A stretch of 64,000 nt of DNA from Acidobacteriaceae bacterium (GCA_030040425.1 JASHTS010000074.1:12198-76197); one strand, 5' to 3'; positions 32,051-42,530 are shown, numbered from the stretch's first letter. Program-made: numbers and translations. The notes: generated by a model from the letters alone, not told the origin.

Positions 32051-33427
32051 TCACGCGCCGAGCTCGGCGCGGATGGCCGCGGCGATGGCGTCTGCATGGT
32101 GATTCATCTGCGACTCATCTTCGGCTTCGATCATGACGCGGGCGAGCGGCTCGGTGCCGCTAAAGCGGACGACCACGCGGCCTATGTCTTTGAGCGCCTC
32201 TTCTGCACCGCGGATGGCGGCGGCGACGGAGGGGATCGCAGCGAGAGGCTTTTTCTCACGCACCTTCACATTGACGATGGTCTGCGGGAAGACTTTGAGA
32301 TCGGCGCTGAGCTCTTCGATGGAGTGGCCGGTGCGCGCGATGAGATCGAGGACGACGAGCGCGGTGAGCAGGCCGTCGCCGGTGGTGGCGAGATGCGGGA
32401 AGAGGATGTGGCCGGACTGCTCGCCGCCGAGCGCGGCGTTCGATTTCTGCATCTCTTCGAGCACGTAGCGATCGCCGACGGGCGCGCGCGTCATGCGAAT
32501 GCCGCTGCGCTTAAGCGCAGCCTCGAGTCCCATGTTGGACATGGTGGTGGCGACGACGAGATTGCCGGTGAGCAGGCCGCGGGCCTTGAGATCGCGCGCG
32601 GCCACGAACAGGATGGCGTCGCCATTGATGACGTTGCCTTGCGCGCCGGCCAGCATGCAGCGGTCGGCGTCGCCATCGAATGTGAGGCCGAGATGGGCGC
32701 CGCGAGCCTTTACTTCGGCGGCGACGAACTCGGGATGAAGAGCTCCGCAGCCGGCGTTGATGTTGCGGCCGTCGGGGGCAATGTTGAGGAGATCGGCGTG
32801 GGCGCGGCCGTGGGGATTGAGGCGACGGAAAAGCTCCGGCGCAACGGCAGCAGCGGCGCCGTTGGCGCAATCGACGACGAGGTGAAGCGAGCGCAGCGAG
32901 AGGCCGGGCACGCACGCGACGAGGAAGTGAATGTAGTCCTCTGCGACTGCGGCATTGTCGCGAACCGGCGCGAGCGATTCAGGATCGGGCGGCTCGATCT
33001 GCGCGGCGTGTTGAAAGATTTCGTCTTCGATGGCGAGCTCGACCGCATCGGGGAGTTTGAAGCCGTCGCCGCCGAAGAGCTTGATGCCGTTGTCAGCCCA
33101 GGGATTGTGCGAAGCGGAGACGACGATGCCGGCGTGGAAGCCGTGCTTGCGCGCAAGGTATGCGACGGCCGGGGTGGTGATGACGCCGGCGCTCTCGACC
33201 CGCGCGCCGGCTTCGCGCAGTGCGGCGGCCAGCGTGGCGGCGATCCAGGGGCTGGATTCGCGCGTGTCGCGGCCGAGGAGGACACGCGGTTCGGGCGTGG
33301 ATTTGCGCAGCGAGTGCGCGAGCGCGAGGCCGACGGCGTAGATGGTGGTGGGATCGAGCGGCGCTTCGCCGGCGACGGCGCGGATGCCATCGGTGCCGAA
33401 GAGCCTGCGTGTGTCGGATGGGGTCAT
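32051..33427 (-). CDS. glmM: Phosphoglucosamine mutase
   Basis: LFGTDGIR, SASHNP, DGDADR, GGEQSGH, RFSGTEP. Confidence 0.96.
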   Translation of the reverse strand: MTPSDTRRLFGTDGIRAVAGEAPLDPTTIYAVGLALAHSLRKSTPEPRVLLGRDTRESSPWIAATLAAALREAGARVESAGVITTPAVAYLARKHGFHAGIVVSASHNPWADNGIKLFGGDGFKLPDAVELAIEDEIFQHAAQIEPPDPESLAPVRDNAAVAEDYIHFLVACVPGLSLRSLHLVVDCANGAAAAVAPELFRRLNPHGRAHADLLNIAPDGRNINAGCGALHPEFVAAEVKARGAHLGLTFDGDADRCMLAGAQGNVINGDAILFVAARDLKARGLLTGNLVVATTMSNMGLEAALKRSGIRMTRAPVGDRYVLEEMQKSNAALGGEQSGHILFPHLATTGDGLLTALVVLDLIARTGHSIEELSADLKVFPQTIVNVKVREKKPLAAIPSVAAAIRGAEEALKDIGRVVVRFSGTEPLARVMIEAEDESQMNHHADAIAAAIRAELGA

Positions 33428-34893
33428 GACGGCCGGCGCTTCCCTCTTTTGCCGCGGTGGAGCGCATGGGGCGTGACGGTCTCCACGCGGCTCGAGAAGG
33501 CGCCATCGGCGAGGCGCGTGGTGACGGTCGAGCCGGGCGCGAGCTGTGCGGTGGAGCGGATGAGTACGCCTTCGGGCGAAAGCACGAGGGCGTAACCGCG
33601 GTCGAGGACGGCGAGCGGCGAAAGCGCATGCAGGCGCGCGGCGAGTGCATTCGCGGTCAAGGTGGAGGTGTGAAGGGCGCGCTCCATGGCCTGGTGGAGA
33701 CGGGCGTGGAGCGTGACGAGACGCTCGCGGGCCTGGGCGAGCCGACGGCGCGGATCGTGGCGAAGGACGGCGGCGGCGAGCTCGGCGACGCAGCTCTGGC
33801 GGCGGCGAAGCTGTTCGGCAAGCGCGGACTCCCGGCGAAAGGCGAGATCGTCGAGACGCTGAGCGTAGCGGTGCAGGAGCGCGGGGACGCGCGATGCAGC
33901 GCGATCGAAGCCGAGACGGTCAAGACATTGGCGGGCATGAAGCAATTGAAAGCGCGCCGCGCGCTCCAGGCGTGCGACAAGCGCGGCGAGATGCTCGGCG
34001 ATCGAGTGCTGGGCTTCGGTGACGAGCTCGGCGGAGGCGGAGGGAGTGGGCGCACGCAGGTCGGCGACGAAATCGGCGATGGTGAAGTCGGTCTCATGAC
34101 CGACCGCGGAGACGACAGGAAGCGTGCTCGATGCAATGGCGCGGGCGACGCGCTCGCTGTTGAAGGCGGCGAGATCTTCAAGCGAGCCGCCGCCCCGGGC
34201 GAGGACGATAAGATCGATAGCCATGGCGCCCTCGCGCGAGGCGGCGTTGAGCTCGGCGAGCGCTGCTTCAATCTCCGCGGGGGCGGAATCGCCCTGCACG
34301 GAGACGGGATAGAGCAGCACGTTGAGGCCGGAGTGGCGGCGGGCGACGATGGAGAGGAAGTCGCGGATCACTGCGCCGGTGGGCGAGGTAACGATGGCGG
34401 CGGTGCGGGGAAAGCGGGGGAGCGGGCGCTTGCGCGCGGCGTCGAACAGGCCTTCGGCCCTGAGGCGTTCGCGGAGCTGCTCGAAGGCAAGCTGCAGTGA
34501 GCCGGCGCCGACGGGCTCCAGGGTTTCGGCAACAAGCTGCGTCTGACCGCGCTGCTCATAGACGCTCACGCGGCCGCGGACGAGAACGTGGAGGCCGTCT
34601 TCCGGGCGAAAGCGCAGGAGAAGCGCCTGGCGGCGAAAGAGCACGACCGGGAGCTGGGCTTCGGCGTCCTTGAGGGTGAAATACACGTGGCCGGAGGGCG
34701 CGGAGCGGCAGTTGGAGATTTCGCCTTCGACCCACACATCTGCGAAGACCTGTTCGACGAAGGCGCGCGCCTGAGCGACGAGCTCGCTGACAGGCCAGAT
34801 GCGGCGGGCGGGGACGGGGCCCGACTCAGGCTCAGGCGCAGCGAAGTTGAGGCCGAGTTGAGCGGTGGATTCGGGATGGCCGTGCGCGGTCAT
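33424..34893 (-). CDS. xseA: Exodeoxyribonuclease VII large subunit
   Basis: VWVEGEISN, SGHVYFTLKD, RGGGSLEDL, GHETDFTIADFVADLRAPTPS, LSPLAVL.RGY. Confidence 0.96.
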   Translation of the reverse strand: MTAHGHPESTAQLGLNFAAPEPESGPVPARRIWPVSELVAQARAFVEQVFADVWVEGEISNCRSAPSGHVYFTLKDAEAQLPVVLFRRQALLLRFRPEDGLHVLVRGRVSVYEQRGQTQLVAETLEPVGAGSLQLAFEQLRERLRAEGLFDAARKRPLPRFPRTAAIVTSPTGAVIRDFLSIVARRHSGLNVLLYPVSVQGDSAPAEIEAALAELNAASREGAMAIDLIVLARGGGSLEDLAAFNSERVARAIASSTLPVVSAVGHETDFTIADFVADLRAPTPSASAELVTEAQHSIAEHLAALVARLERAARFQLLHARQCLDRLGFDRAASRVPALLHRYAQRLDDLAFRRESALAEQLRRRQSCVAELAAAVLRHDPRRRLAQARERLVTLHARLHQAMERALHTSTLTANALAARLHALSPLAVLDRGYALVLSPEGVLIRSTAQLAPGSTVTTRLADGAFSSRVETVTPHALHRGKRGKRRPS

Positions 34894-34954
34894 GCCTTTC
34901 AAAGTGTAATTGGTGGGGAGGCGAAGGATGCGTTCCCAACATTGAAGGATCAAT

Positions 34955-35006
34955 CGCAGATCCTTCGACTCCGTCCCGCTCACGCGGGACTCCGCTCAGG
35001 CTGACA
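34955..35006 (+). repeat. Palindromic repeat family A
   Basis: CGCAGATCCTTCGACTCCG...CCGCTCAGGCTGACA. Confidence 0.85.
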
Positions 35007-35026
35007 GTGTTCGTGTGAACGCGGTG

Positions 35027-35365
35027 CTATTTGCGGTGGTCGAGAAGGGTGCGCAGTCCCGAGGTGAGTTCGGTGAGGCGCGTCGCGGCGGAGGGATGGG
35101 GTGCGGACTCGAAGAGGAGCTCGAGCTCGCGCGCAAGCTCGGTGCCGCGCTCGAGATTGAAGGTGCCGAGGACGCCGGCGAGCTTGTGAGCGGCGGCGTG
35201 GGCCTCTTCCTGCTTCTCCGCTGTAAGCGTGCCGGCGGCGAGAGAGTGCACGGCGGACTCAAGCACGGCCACGCGCTCGCGCAACTCGGGCAGAAAGCGC
35301 GCCCACAGCCGGTCAAGAGCGGCGGCAAGATCGGGAGGAGCGGCGTGGTTGGCAGCGGGATTCAT
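35027..35365 (-). CDS. Hpt phosphotransfer protein
   Basis: AHKLAGVLGTF motif. Confidence 0.85.
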   Translation of the reverse strand: MNPAANHAAPPDLAAALDRLWARFLPELRERVAVLESAVHSLAAGTLTAEKQEEAHAAAHKLAGVLGTFNLERGTELARELELLFESAPHPSAATRLTELTSGLRTLLDHRK

Positions 35366-35380
35366 GGCGGAAGAAGCCGA

Positions 35381-35755
35381 TCAGTTCCAGCCGAGGACGC
35401 TCGAAATCTCGGCGGAAAGGGTCATGGGATCAAAGGGCTTGAAGAGCACGGCTTCGACGCCGAGATCTGCAAAGCGCTTCTGGTCGCTGCTTTGCACTTT
35501 GGCGGTGAGCAGCAGGACGGGAATGCGTGCGGTGCGCGGATTTTTGCGCAGCTCGCGGAAGGTGGTGGGTCCGTCCATGCCCGGCATCATGACGTCGAGC
35601 AGGATGGCGTCAGGAAGGTACTCGGCGGCGCGGGAGAGGCCCTGCGCGCCGGAGCTGGCCATGATCACCTCCCAGCCGGCGACGCTTTCCAGGCTCATCG
35701 CGGCCACTTCGCGGATATCGTCTTCATCGTCGATGATCAGAATTCGATGAACCAA
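35381..35755 (-). CDS. Single-domain response regulator
   Basis: ILIIDDE, ILLDVMMP, LTAK, KPFDP. Confidence 0.92.
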   Translation of the reverse strand: MVHRILIIDDEDDIREVAAMSLESVAGWEVIMASSGAQGLSRAAEYLPDAILLDVMMPGMDGPTTFRELRKNPRTARIPVLLLTAKVQSSDQKRFADLGVEAVLFKPFDPMTLSAEISSVLGWN

Positions 35756-35824
35756 TGCGGGAATCCTCTGGAATATTGTGCCGAACCGCGGCGGCGTTGT
35801 CGATGGCAGCCGCGCAGGAGCAGG

Positions 35825-38800
35825 TTACGGATTGTGTACGGAAGATTCCCGCGAGGGGACGTCTTCCAGCATGCGTGAGCGGCGCAGCATGGTCAACACC
35901 AGAGCTTCGAGCTGCTGCGGCTGAACCCGGGCTTTGGCGAGGAAATGGGTGGGGCCCAGCGTAAGATGGCGGCGCTCAGTAGGGGTGAGGTCGCGGCCGG
36001 AGTAGACCACCAGCGGCAGGCGCGCGAGGCTCTCATTCTGGCGTAGCCAATCGACGATGTTGAAGCCGTTGCCGTCGGGCAGGCCGATATCCAGCACGAT
36101 GAGATGCGGCTGGAAGGCGAAACAGGCGTCGATTGCTCCCTGGAGGGTTTGTGCGCATTGCACCTGGATGCAATCGCGGGAAAAGACCTCCGCAATCACA
36201 CGGGCCAGATCGCGGTCGTCCTCGACCACGAGGATGCGCGCCTTGTCGCCGGGTCCGCAAAGAACGCGGGCGAGCTCGGCGAGGAGCACGTCTTCAGCGA
36301 CCGGCGTGGAAATTTTGCCGTCGACCTCCAGGGGCAGCGGAGCGGGCGCGTGGGCGTTGTCCACGCTGAGCAGAACCACGGGCGTGCGCGATTCGGGATC
36401 GAGGCGGCGCAGGAGGGGAAGAATCTCCCACCCATTCATGCCGTCGATGGCGGTATCGAGGAGAACGGCCTGCACGGATTTTTCCGCGGCGGCCAGGGTC
36501 TGCTCCACGGTGGAGGTTTCAATGACGCGGTAGCCGTGGCGCATCAGCTGCGCGGCGATGCGCGGACGAACCTCCGGTCCGGCGCCGGCGAGAACCACAG
36601 TTCCGGAGCGGGGTTCGCCGGTGACCGGCTCGCCGGGCTCGAGGGGCACGGGCTTATAAGGCAGGAAGAGGCGGAAGGTGGAACCGCGAACGGGATTGCG
36701 CTCAGCCCAGATGCGGCCGGAGTGCTGCAAAACGATGGAGCGGCAGATGGCGAGGCCCAGGCCGCTGCCGCCTTTCTGGCGCGAATCCGAAGCGTCAACC
36801 TGCTGGAAGCGGTCGAAGATGGATTCGAGCTTGTCGGCAGGAATGCCGCGGCCGTGATCGATGACCGAGAGCGTGACGCCGGTGACGCCGGGGCGCAGCA
36901 TGATGGAGACCGACGATCCGGGCGGCGAAAATTTAACCGCGTTGGAGAGCAGGTTGGTGAGCACCTGCAGCAGGCGGTCGGGATCGGCGGAGACTTCAAC
37001 CTGCGTGGTGTCATGGAAGAGCTGCACGCCGGCCGCATCGGCCACGGGCTGCATGCCGTCGATGGCCTGGCGGATGAGCTCGGCCAACTGCACGCTGCGG
37101 AAGGCGAGAGGCTGCTTGCCGCTCTGGATGCGCTCGAGATCGAGAATGTCGTTGATGAGGCGGACGAGGCGATCGGAGTTGGTGAGCGCGATGCGCAGAA
37201 GGTTGGCAGCCTTTTCGTTGACCTCGCTGAGGATTCCGGAAGAGAGCAGACCGAGCGCACCGCGGATGGAGGTGAGCGGGGTGCGCAGCTCGTGGCTCAC
37301 GGTGGAGATGAATTCGTCCTTGAGGCGGTCGAGCGCGTAGCGCTGGCTGATATCGCGGAAGCTGAGCACGGAGCCGGAGAAGCGGCCCTGATCGGGGATG
37401 GGCGTAAGCGCGTACTCGGCGGGAAAGGCGGAGCCGTCGGCGCGGAAGATGTTGTCCTCGCCGGCCGTGGGGCGCGGCAGCAAGGCGTTGCGCTGGAGAA
37501 GGCAGTCGTTGCCGCAGGCGCGGTCAGCGGCCGCACAACCGTGGAGCAGCTCGTGCACCGTTTTTCCCGTAAGCGCGTCCGGCTCGGCGCCCAGCATACG
37601 CGCCGCGGCAGGATTGGCGAAACTCACGCGGCCTTCATAATCGAGGCCGCAGATGCCGTCGGCGACGGAGTCGAGCAGAACCTGCTGGCGGCGGAAGAGC
37701 TCTTCGGCGCGGCTGCGTTCTTCGCTGCGTGCCAGCATCTGGCCGAGCGACGTGGCCACTGTTTCGACCGTAGCGATGGCGTCAGGGTCCTGACGCAGAG
37801 CGTAGCGGCAGAAGAACTCGAGAACGGCCAGGGTCTTGTCGCCAACGCGAACGGGCGCGGCCCAGCCGGAGACCATGTCCTGCTTGAGAGCCAACTGCAT
37901 GCGCGGACTGCCGGGAAGGCCGGCGAGATCGGAGACCCAGACGGGACGGCCCTCCTTCCAGGCGCGGCCGGCCAGATCGGCTCCGCACACCACGGTGACA
38001 CCCATGCTTTCGAGAATGAGAGATTCTGCGCGGCGATCCGGATAGGCCCAGGCGGTGGAGAACTCGAGGCCATCCTGTTTGTCGTTGAGCTTCCATTTGA
38101 TGGCTGCGTCCCAGCCATGCGCGACGCAGAGGGCTTCAAGGATGCGCATGGAAGCGGCGTCAGGAGCGATGTTCTCGCCCAGGATCTGGCTCACGGCGAG
38201 CTGCAGGGTGAGGCGATGCTCGCGCTGGCGCTGCTGGGTGACGTCGCGGAGCAGGCAGCGAATGGCCAGCGGATTGCCGGCCTTCTGGCGCTGGCTGAGG
38301 CTGATTTCGAGATCGTGGATGCGGCCATCGGGGGAGTGATGGCGCAGGGGGGCGCGCTCGACGGACTCGCCGGCAAGGGCGCGCTGAAAGAGCGCGGCCG
38401 CCGGGGCGCGGCATGCGGGCGCGAAAACTTGCTCAAACGATCCCAGGCCGAGGAGCTCGGCGTCTTCGCGGCCAAAACAGCGCTTCCACGCCGGGTTCAC
38501 GTAAAGAAAGCGGCCCGCGGGACTGAGCGTGGCGATCATCTCGCTGGAGTTCTCGAAGAGATCGCGGTAACGGTCTTGCGACTCGCGCAGGTTCTGCTCG
38601 CGATGGCGGGTTGCGCTCTGGTCCACGGCCACGGCAACCAGGCCGGTGATGCCGGCCGAGGCGGAGCGCAGCGCAGAGATGTGCAGCGTGACAGAAACAG
38701 GCACGCCATCCTTGCGCAGGAGCTGCACGTCGAAACTGGGAACCATGCTGGGAGGCAGCGCGCGCACACACTCGAGGTACACGTTCAAGGGGCCGGCAGC

Positions 38801-39286
38801 GGCGAGACCCGCGGAGTGCTCGATGCCGGCGAGCGCCTGCATCTCTGCAACCAGGCGCCCGCCCTCGCCCGGAGCGAGGATGCGAGCTCTGATCCAGGCG
38901 CCGGCGAGCTCGTCGGCGTGATAGCCGAGCAAACGCTCGGCCGTGGAGTTGACGTAGATGAGCCGGCCTTCGAGATCGACGGCGGCGATGGCTGCTCCGG
39001 CAGACTCGAGGAGCTCGCCGCTCTGGTCGAGTCCGGCGGGTGCGTCGCGGTGCGCATCGGAGCTGCCCCGGCCGCGCATGCGCACCACCAGGACCGCAGC
39101 CGCAGTGACGGCGGCCAGCATGAGCAGGCCATCGTAGCGTTCCCCGCCCACGATGCGAGCGACGATCGCTCCCGCGGCGAGAGTGAGGGCCAGACTTGCG
39201 AGGAATGGCCACAGAACCATCCTGGCAAACCGGGCCGCGCGATGTTCCCCTTCGGATCTTCCGATCTCCGCCGACCGGACCGCCAT
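35825..39286 (-). CDS. Hybrid sensor kinase (TM-PAS-PAS-GAF-PAS-HisKA-HATPase-REC-REC)
   Basis: SHELRTPL, NLLSNAVKFS, GSGLGL, two receiver-like domains. Confidence 0.92.
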   Translation of the reverse strand: MAVRSAEIGRSEGEHRAARFARMVLWPFLASLALTLAAGAIVARIVGGERYDGLLMLAAVTAAAVLVVRMRGRGSSDAHRDAPAGLDQSGELLESAGAAIAAVDLEGRLIYVNSTAERLLGYHADELAGAWIRARILAPGEGGRLVAEMQALAGIEHSAGLAAAGPLNVYLECVRALPPSMVPSFDVQLLRKDGVPVSVTLHISALRSASAGITGLVAVAVDQSATRHREQNLRESQDRYRDLFENSSEMIATLSPAGRFLYVNPAWKRCFGREDAELLGLGSFEQVFAPACRAPAAALFQRALAGESVERAPLRHHSPDGRIHDLEISLSQRQKAGNPLAIRCLLRDVTQQRQREHRLTLQLAVSQILGENIAPDAASMRILEALCVAHGWDAAIKWKLNDKQDGLEFSTAWAYPDRRAESLILESMGVTVVCGADLAGRAWKEGRPVWVSDLAGLPGSPRMQLALKQDMVSGWAAPVRVGDKTLAVLEFFCRYALRQDPDAIATVETVATSLGQMLARSEERSRAEELFRRQQVLLDSVADGICGLDYEGRVSFANPAAARMLGAEPDALTGKTVHELLHGCAAADRACGNDCLLQRNALLPRPTAGEDNIFRADGSAFPAEYALTPIPDQGRFSGSVLSFRDISQRYALDRLKDEFISTVSHELRTPLTSIRGALGLLSSGILSEVNEKAANLLRIALTNSDRLVRLINDILDLERIQSGKQPLAFRSVQLAELIRQAIDGMQPVADAAGVQLFHDTTQVEVSADPDRLLQVLTNLLSNAVKFSPPGSSVSIMLRPGVTGVTLSVIDHGRGIPADKLESIFDRFQQVDASDSRQKGGSGLGLAICRSIVLQHSGRIWAERNPVRGSTFRLFLPYKPVPLEPGEPVTGEPRSGTVVLAGAGPEVRPRIAAQLMRHGYRVIETSTVEQTLAAAEKSVQAVLLDTAIDGMNGWEILPLLRRLDPESRTPVVLLSVDNAHAPAPLPLEVDGKISTPVAEDVLLAELARVLCGPGDKARILVVEDDRDLARVIAEVFSRDCIQVQCAQTLQGAIDACFAFQPHLIVLDIGLPDGNGFNIVDWLRQNESLARLPLVVYSGRDLTPTERRHLTLGPTHFLAKARVQPQQLEALVLTMLRRSRMLEDVPSRESSVHNP

Positions 39287-39481
39287 CGAGTCCCCCGTGA
39301 AGCTTCAGGGCCGTTCGAGCCAACCGACTCGAGAGCGCCCGAAGCCCTCCGCAATTGCAATGCACCAACCCACTCGTACGCCGGAGCCAACCCCAAGTCA
39401 GTTCCGCCACCGGCGCTTCAAGGGGAAGTATCCGGAGCGCATCGCGGCCGATGAAAGTCTAGAACGCGATTTGAAGAACAG

Positions 39482-39509
39482 TATAAGGGCGCGCGTGCGC
39501 ACCCTTATA
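39482..39509. promoter_or_regulatory. 28-bp near-perfect palindrome in the divergent intergenic region
   Basis: TATAAGGG-CGCGC-GT-GCGCA-CCCTTATA. Confidence 0.5.
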
Positions 39510-39674
39510 GCAATTTCGAGGCGGACGTACCAAATTGGGTTCTGCCCGCCTGAAGCGCAGTTGCACGCCCTCGAAACGCTGTCCGCGGCCTTATGAGGAA
39601 AACCTGCCCGAAAGCGTTTCCGGCGTCGCGAATCTTGAAAGCCCGGCAAAAATGCGGGCCGTATACTGGCTCGT

Positions 39675-40607
39675 ATGATGCGAAAATCCATTTTTTCTGT
39701 CTCCTATGCGACGGTAGCTTTGGTAATGTCGGGCGTGGTTTGCAGCGCGGCTCTTGCGCCTGCGGCGCACGCGTGGGGCAATGAGGGACACCGGCTGGTG
39801 AACAAACTGGCAGCCAGCGCCCTACCCGTCGACGTTCCCGAGTTTCTGCGCACGCATGCGGCCATTGATGAGATCGAATACCTCGGCCCGGAGCCCGATC
39901 GTTGGCGGTCACAGGCGGAGCCGGAGCTGGCTGCGGCGCAGGCGCCGGATCATTTCATCGATCTCGAACTGGCCGATGCGCTGGGGCCGCTGCCGCACCG
40001 GCGCTACGAATTTCTGGCGGAGGTTTACGCCGCGCACCAGGATCCGGCGAAGATCGGATTGCAGCCGTGGCAGACCGACGAGGTGTGGGAGCGGCTGAAG
40101 GCCGCGATGCGCCAGTATCGGGAGCTGAAGGCAGCCGGCAAGGATACCGCGCCGGTGGAGCAGGCGATCATTTTCTACGCGGCGTGGATGGGGCACTACG
40201 TAGGCGACGGCTCGCAGCCGCTGCACGTGACCGTGAAGTACAACGGCTGGGTGGGACCGAATCCCAACGGCTACACCACTGAGCACGGCATTCACTCCCA
40301 GTTCGAGAGCCAGTTCGTGTCTCAAAACATCCATGAGGCGGACGTGATGCCGAAGATGACGCCGGTGAAAGCGATCGACGGCGACATGTTCGACGCGTAT
40401 GTGGCTTACCTGCGCCACACCGCGACGTATGTGGAAAAGGTGTACCAACTGGAAAAGGCAGGCGGGTTTGTGGGCGCGGGCACGGCGGAATCGCGCGCGT
40501 TTACGGCCGAGCGGCTGGCGGCCGGAGCCAGCATGTTGCGCGACATGATTTACACGGCATGGATTGACAGCGCGCAGCCGGTGCCCGATCCGTATGTGGG
40601 CAAGTGA
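39675..40607 (+). CDS. S1/P1 family nuclease (secreted)
   Basis: Signal peptide AHA/WGNEGH, HFID, HYVGDGSQPLH, IHSQFE. Confidence 0.88.
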   Translation: MMRKSIFSVSYATVALVMSGVVCSAALAPAAHAWGNEGHRLVNKLAASALPVDVPEFLRTHAAIDEIEYLGPEPDRWRSQAEPELAAAQAPDHFIDLELADALGPLPHRRYEFLAEVYAAHQDPAKIGLQPWQTDEVWERLKAAMRQYRELKAAGKDTAPVEQAIIFYAAWMGHYVGDGSQPLHVTVKYNGWVGPNPNGYTTEHGIHSQFESQFVSQNIHEADVMPKMTPVKAIDGDMFDAYVAYLRHTATYVEKVYQLEKAGGFVGAGTAESRAFTAERLAAGASMLRDMIYTAWIDSAQPVPDPYVGK

Positions 40608-40628
40608 GGCAGGACAGGAAGAGGGAAC

Positions 40629-41135
40629 TCAGTCGCCGGCTTCGGCTGCGGCGAGCGCCGGAATGCGGCGCAGCATGAGGGTGAGAATTGCGGTCATCAG
40701 CACCACCGCCGGAACGGCAAGAAGCAGCCAGGCCACCAGCGCGTGGCCGGTGAGCGCGCCCAGGTGGAGCATGAACCCGGAAGCGGAAAGAGGGAGCAGG
40801 GCGCCGGCGGGAAGCGCGGGCCGCGCGGCGAAGTGGAAGATGCGCTCGCCCAGGCGCACAAAGGGAAGAATGAGCGCCAGCTGCAGGGGCATGGCGGCAT
40901 AGTTGGCTGCCTGGATGGCGCCGAGATTCAGGCGCAGGCCGAAGGCAAGCGCCGCGCACAGCACCGTGGGAACGCCGACAACCGGGATGCAGCCGATGGC
41001 GAAGCCCAGCGCAAGTGTAATGGCGAGTCGTCGAGGCGAGATGCCCTGGCGCAGCCAGAGAAGCATGTGGCGCTTGAACTGATGCCTGATGCGCTCGCTC
41101 ACCGCGCGTCCCTCCCCCTGCCTCAGTATCGACAC
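40629..41135 (-). CDS. DUF2062 family membrane protein
   Basis: QGISP..LA, G..P..G..T, RLN..A.QAAN; start uncertain. Confidence 0.75.
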   Translation of the reverse strand: MSILRQGEGRAVSERIRHQFKRHMLLWLRQGISPRRLAITLALGFAIGCIPVVGVPTVLCAALAFGLRLNLGAIQAANYAAMPLQLALILPFVRLGERIFHFAARPALPAGALLPLSASGFMLHLGALTGHALVAWLLLAVPAVVLMTAILTLMLRRIPALAAAEAGD

Positions 41136-41325
41136 GATTCTGTCTCCGATAGTTGCCCGAACGTAAAACTTTCGTCAATGAACCAAAAGGTGCACGGAGG
41201 TGTACTTCCTTAATTACTAGCGGGAGGGTGTTTCCCTGCGGGCGCAGTGCGGCGCCGAAAGGCGGCCAGCGACGGTGATTTGGCGCTGCTCCAGGCAGCC
41301 GATTTCTGCGGTACACTTGATTCGC

Positions 41326-41850
41326 ATGCGGGTATTCGGCATCGACTGCGGGACCGAGGTGACCGGGTTCGGGGTGGTGGAATCGGACACGAGCGCACGC
41401 GAACCGCAGCTCAAATGCCGGGCCCTGGGAGCAATCCGGCTCAAAAAGACGGAGACCCTCCCCGTCCGGCTGGAGCGGGTCTTCCGCGCATTGGGCGCCG
41501 AGCTCGAGCGCTGGCAGCCCGATACCGTGGCCATCGAGGAAGTGTTCTATTCCGTGAACGCGAAATCGGCGCTGAAGCTGGGCCAGGTGCGGGGAGTCGC
41601 GCTGCTGGCAGCGGCGCGGGCCGCAATTCCGGTGGCCGAATACGCGCCGTTGAAGATCAAATCGAGCGTAGTGGGCTACGGGTTGGCAGACAAGAACCAG
41701 GTGCAGTTCATGGTGGCGCGGCTGCTGGGGCTGGAGGTGTTGCCGGAGCCGGCAGACGCAGCCGATGCCCTGGCGATCGCCATCTGTCACGTGCACACGG
41801 CGGAGACGCTCCTGATCCAAGGATCGATGACGGAGGGAGCTCTCCGATGA
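41326..41850 (+). CDS. ruvC: Holliday junction resolvase RuvC
   Basis: VFGIDCG, AIEEVF, LGQVRG, EYAP..IK, DAADALAIAICH. Confidence 0.95.
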   Translation: MRVFGIDCGTEVTGFGVVESDTSAREPQLKCRALGAIRLKKTETLPVRLERVFRALGAELERWQPDTVAIEEVFYSVNAKSALKLGQVRGVALLAAARAAIPVAEYAPLKIKSSVVGYGLADKNQVQFMVARLLGLEVLPEPADAADALAIAICHVHTAETLLIQGSMTEGALR

Positions 41851-42530
41851 GGCGAGGGTGGGCGCTTGCGGGGGCCGCTCTGGCGCTCGGCGCAGGCAGC
41901 CATGCCGGATGGGCGCAGAAGCCGGTGACGGATGGGGCGAATGCTCCTGTGATTCAGGTGGATTTCGCCGATCCGGAGCTGAACCCCTCGCACTGGACGC
42001 TGACGCTGCATCCGAACGGCTCCGGGCATTTCAGCTCGCAGATGGGCGCAACGGCCGATGACGACAAGGAGATGGAGATTCCCGATATCAACCGCGATGT
42101 GCAATTGAGCGCCAGCTTTGCCGGCCACGTCTTTGAAGAGGCGCAGCGGCACAGCTGGTTCAACGAAGGTTGCGAAAGCCATTTGAAGGTCGCCTTCCAA
42201 GGCTGGAAGACGCTGGCGTATCGCGGGCCCGAGGGCCGGGGATCGTGCACTTACAATTTTTCCAAGGACAAGGAAATCGAGTCGCTGGGAGACTCGCTGG
42301 AGGCCGTGGCGGAGACGATCCTGGAGGGCGAGCGGCTGGAGATGCTGCTGGAACACGACCGGCTGGGACTGGATAAGGAGATGGAATTCCTAGTGGATGC
42401 GGCCGGAAACGGCCGGGCGCAGCAGATTTGCGCCATTCGCGGGATCCTGGTGCGGCTGGCCCAGGATGACGAAGTGCTCGAACGGGTGAGAAAACGGGCC
42501 AAGATGCTTTTGGCACAGGGCGATACGTAA
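41847..42530 (+). CDS. Secreted hypothetical protein
   Basis: ATGA overlap with ruvC, signal peptide, coding-like codon pattern. Confidence 0.75.
   Translation: MRRGWALAGAALALGAGSHAGWAQKPVTDGANAPVIQVDFADPELNPSHWTLTLHPNGSGHFSSQMGATADDDKEMEIPDINRDVQLSASFAGHVFEEAQRHSWFNEGCESHLKVAFQGWKTLAYRGPEGRGSCTYNFSKDKEIESLGDSLEAVAETILEGERLEMLLEHDRLGLDKEMEFLVDAAGNGRAQQICAIRGILVRLAQDDEVLERVRKRAKMLLAQGDT

Noticed and set aside
34894-34983. xseA N-terminal extension MSGTESKDLR as a repeat-derived peptide
   Set aside because: Read-through of a family A repeat; a TACACT -10 just before ATG 34893 supports the shorter start
36104-39454. 1116-aa + strand ORF (also 31940-33595, 29118-30332, 21236-22618 and others)
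   Set aside because: Antisense shadows of clear minus-strand genes, expected in high-GC DNA; no recognisable motifs
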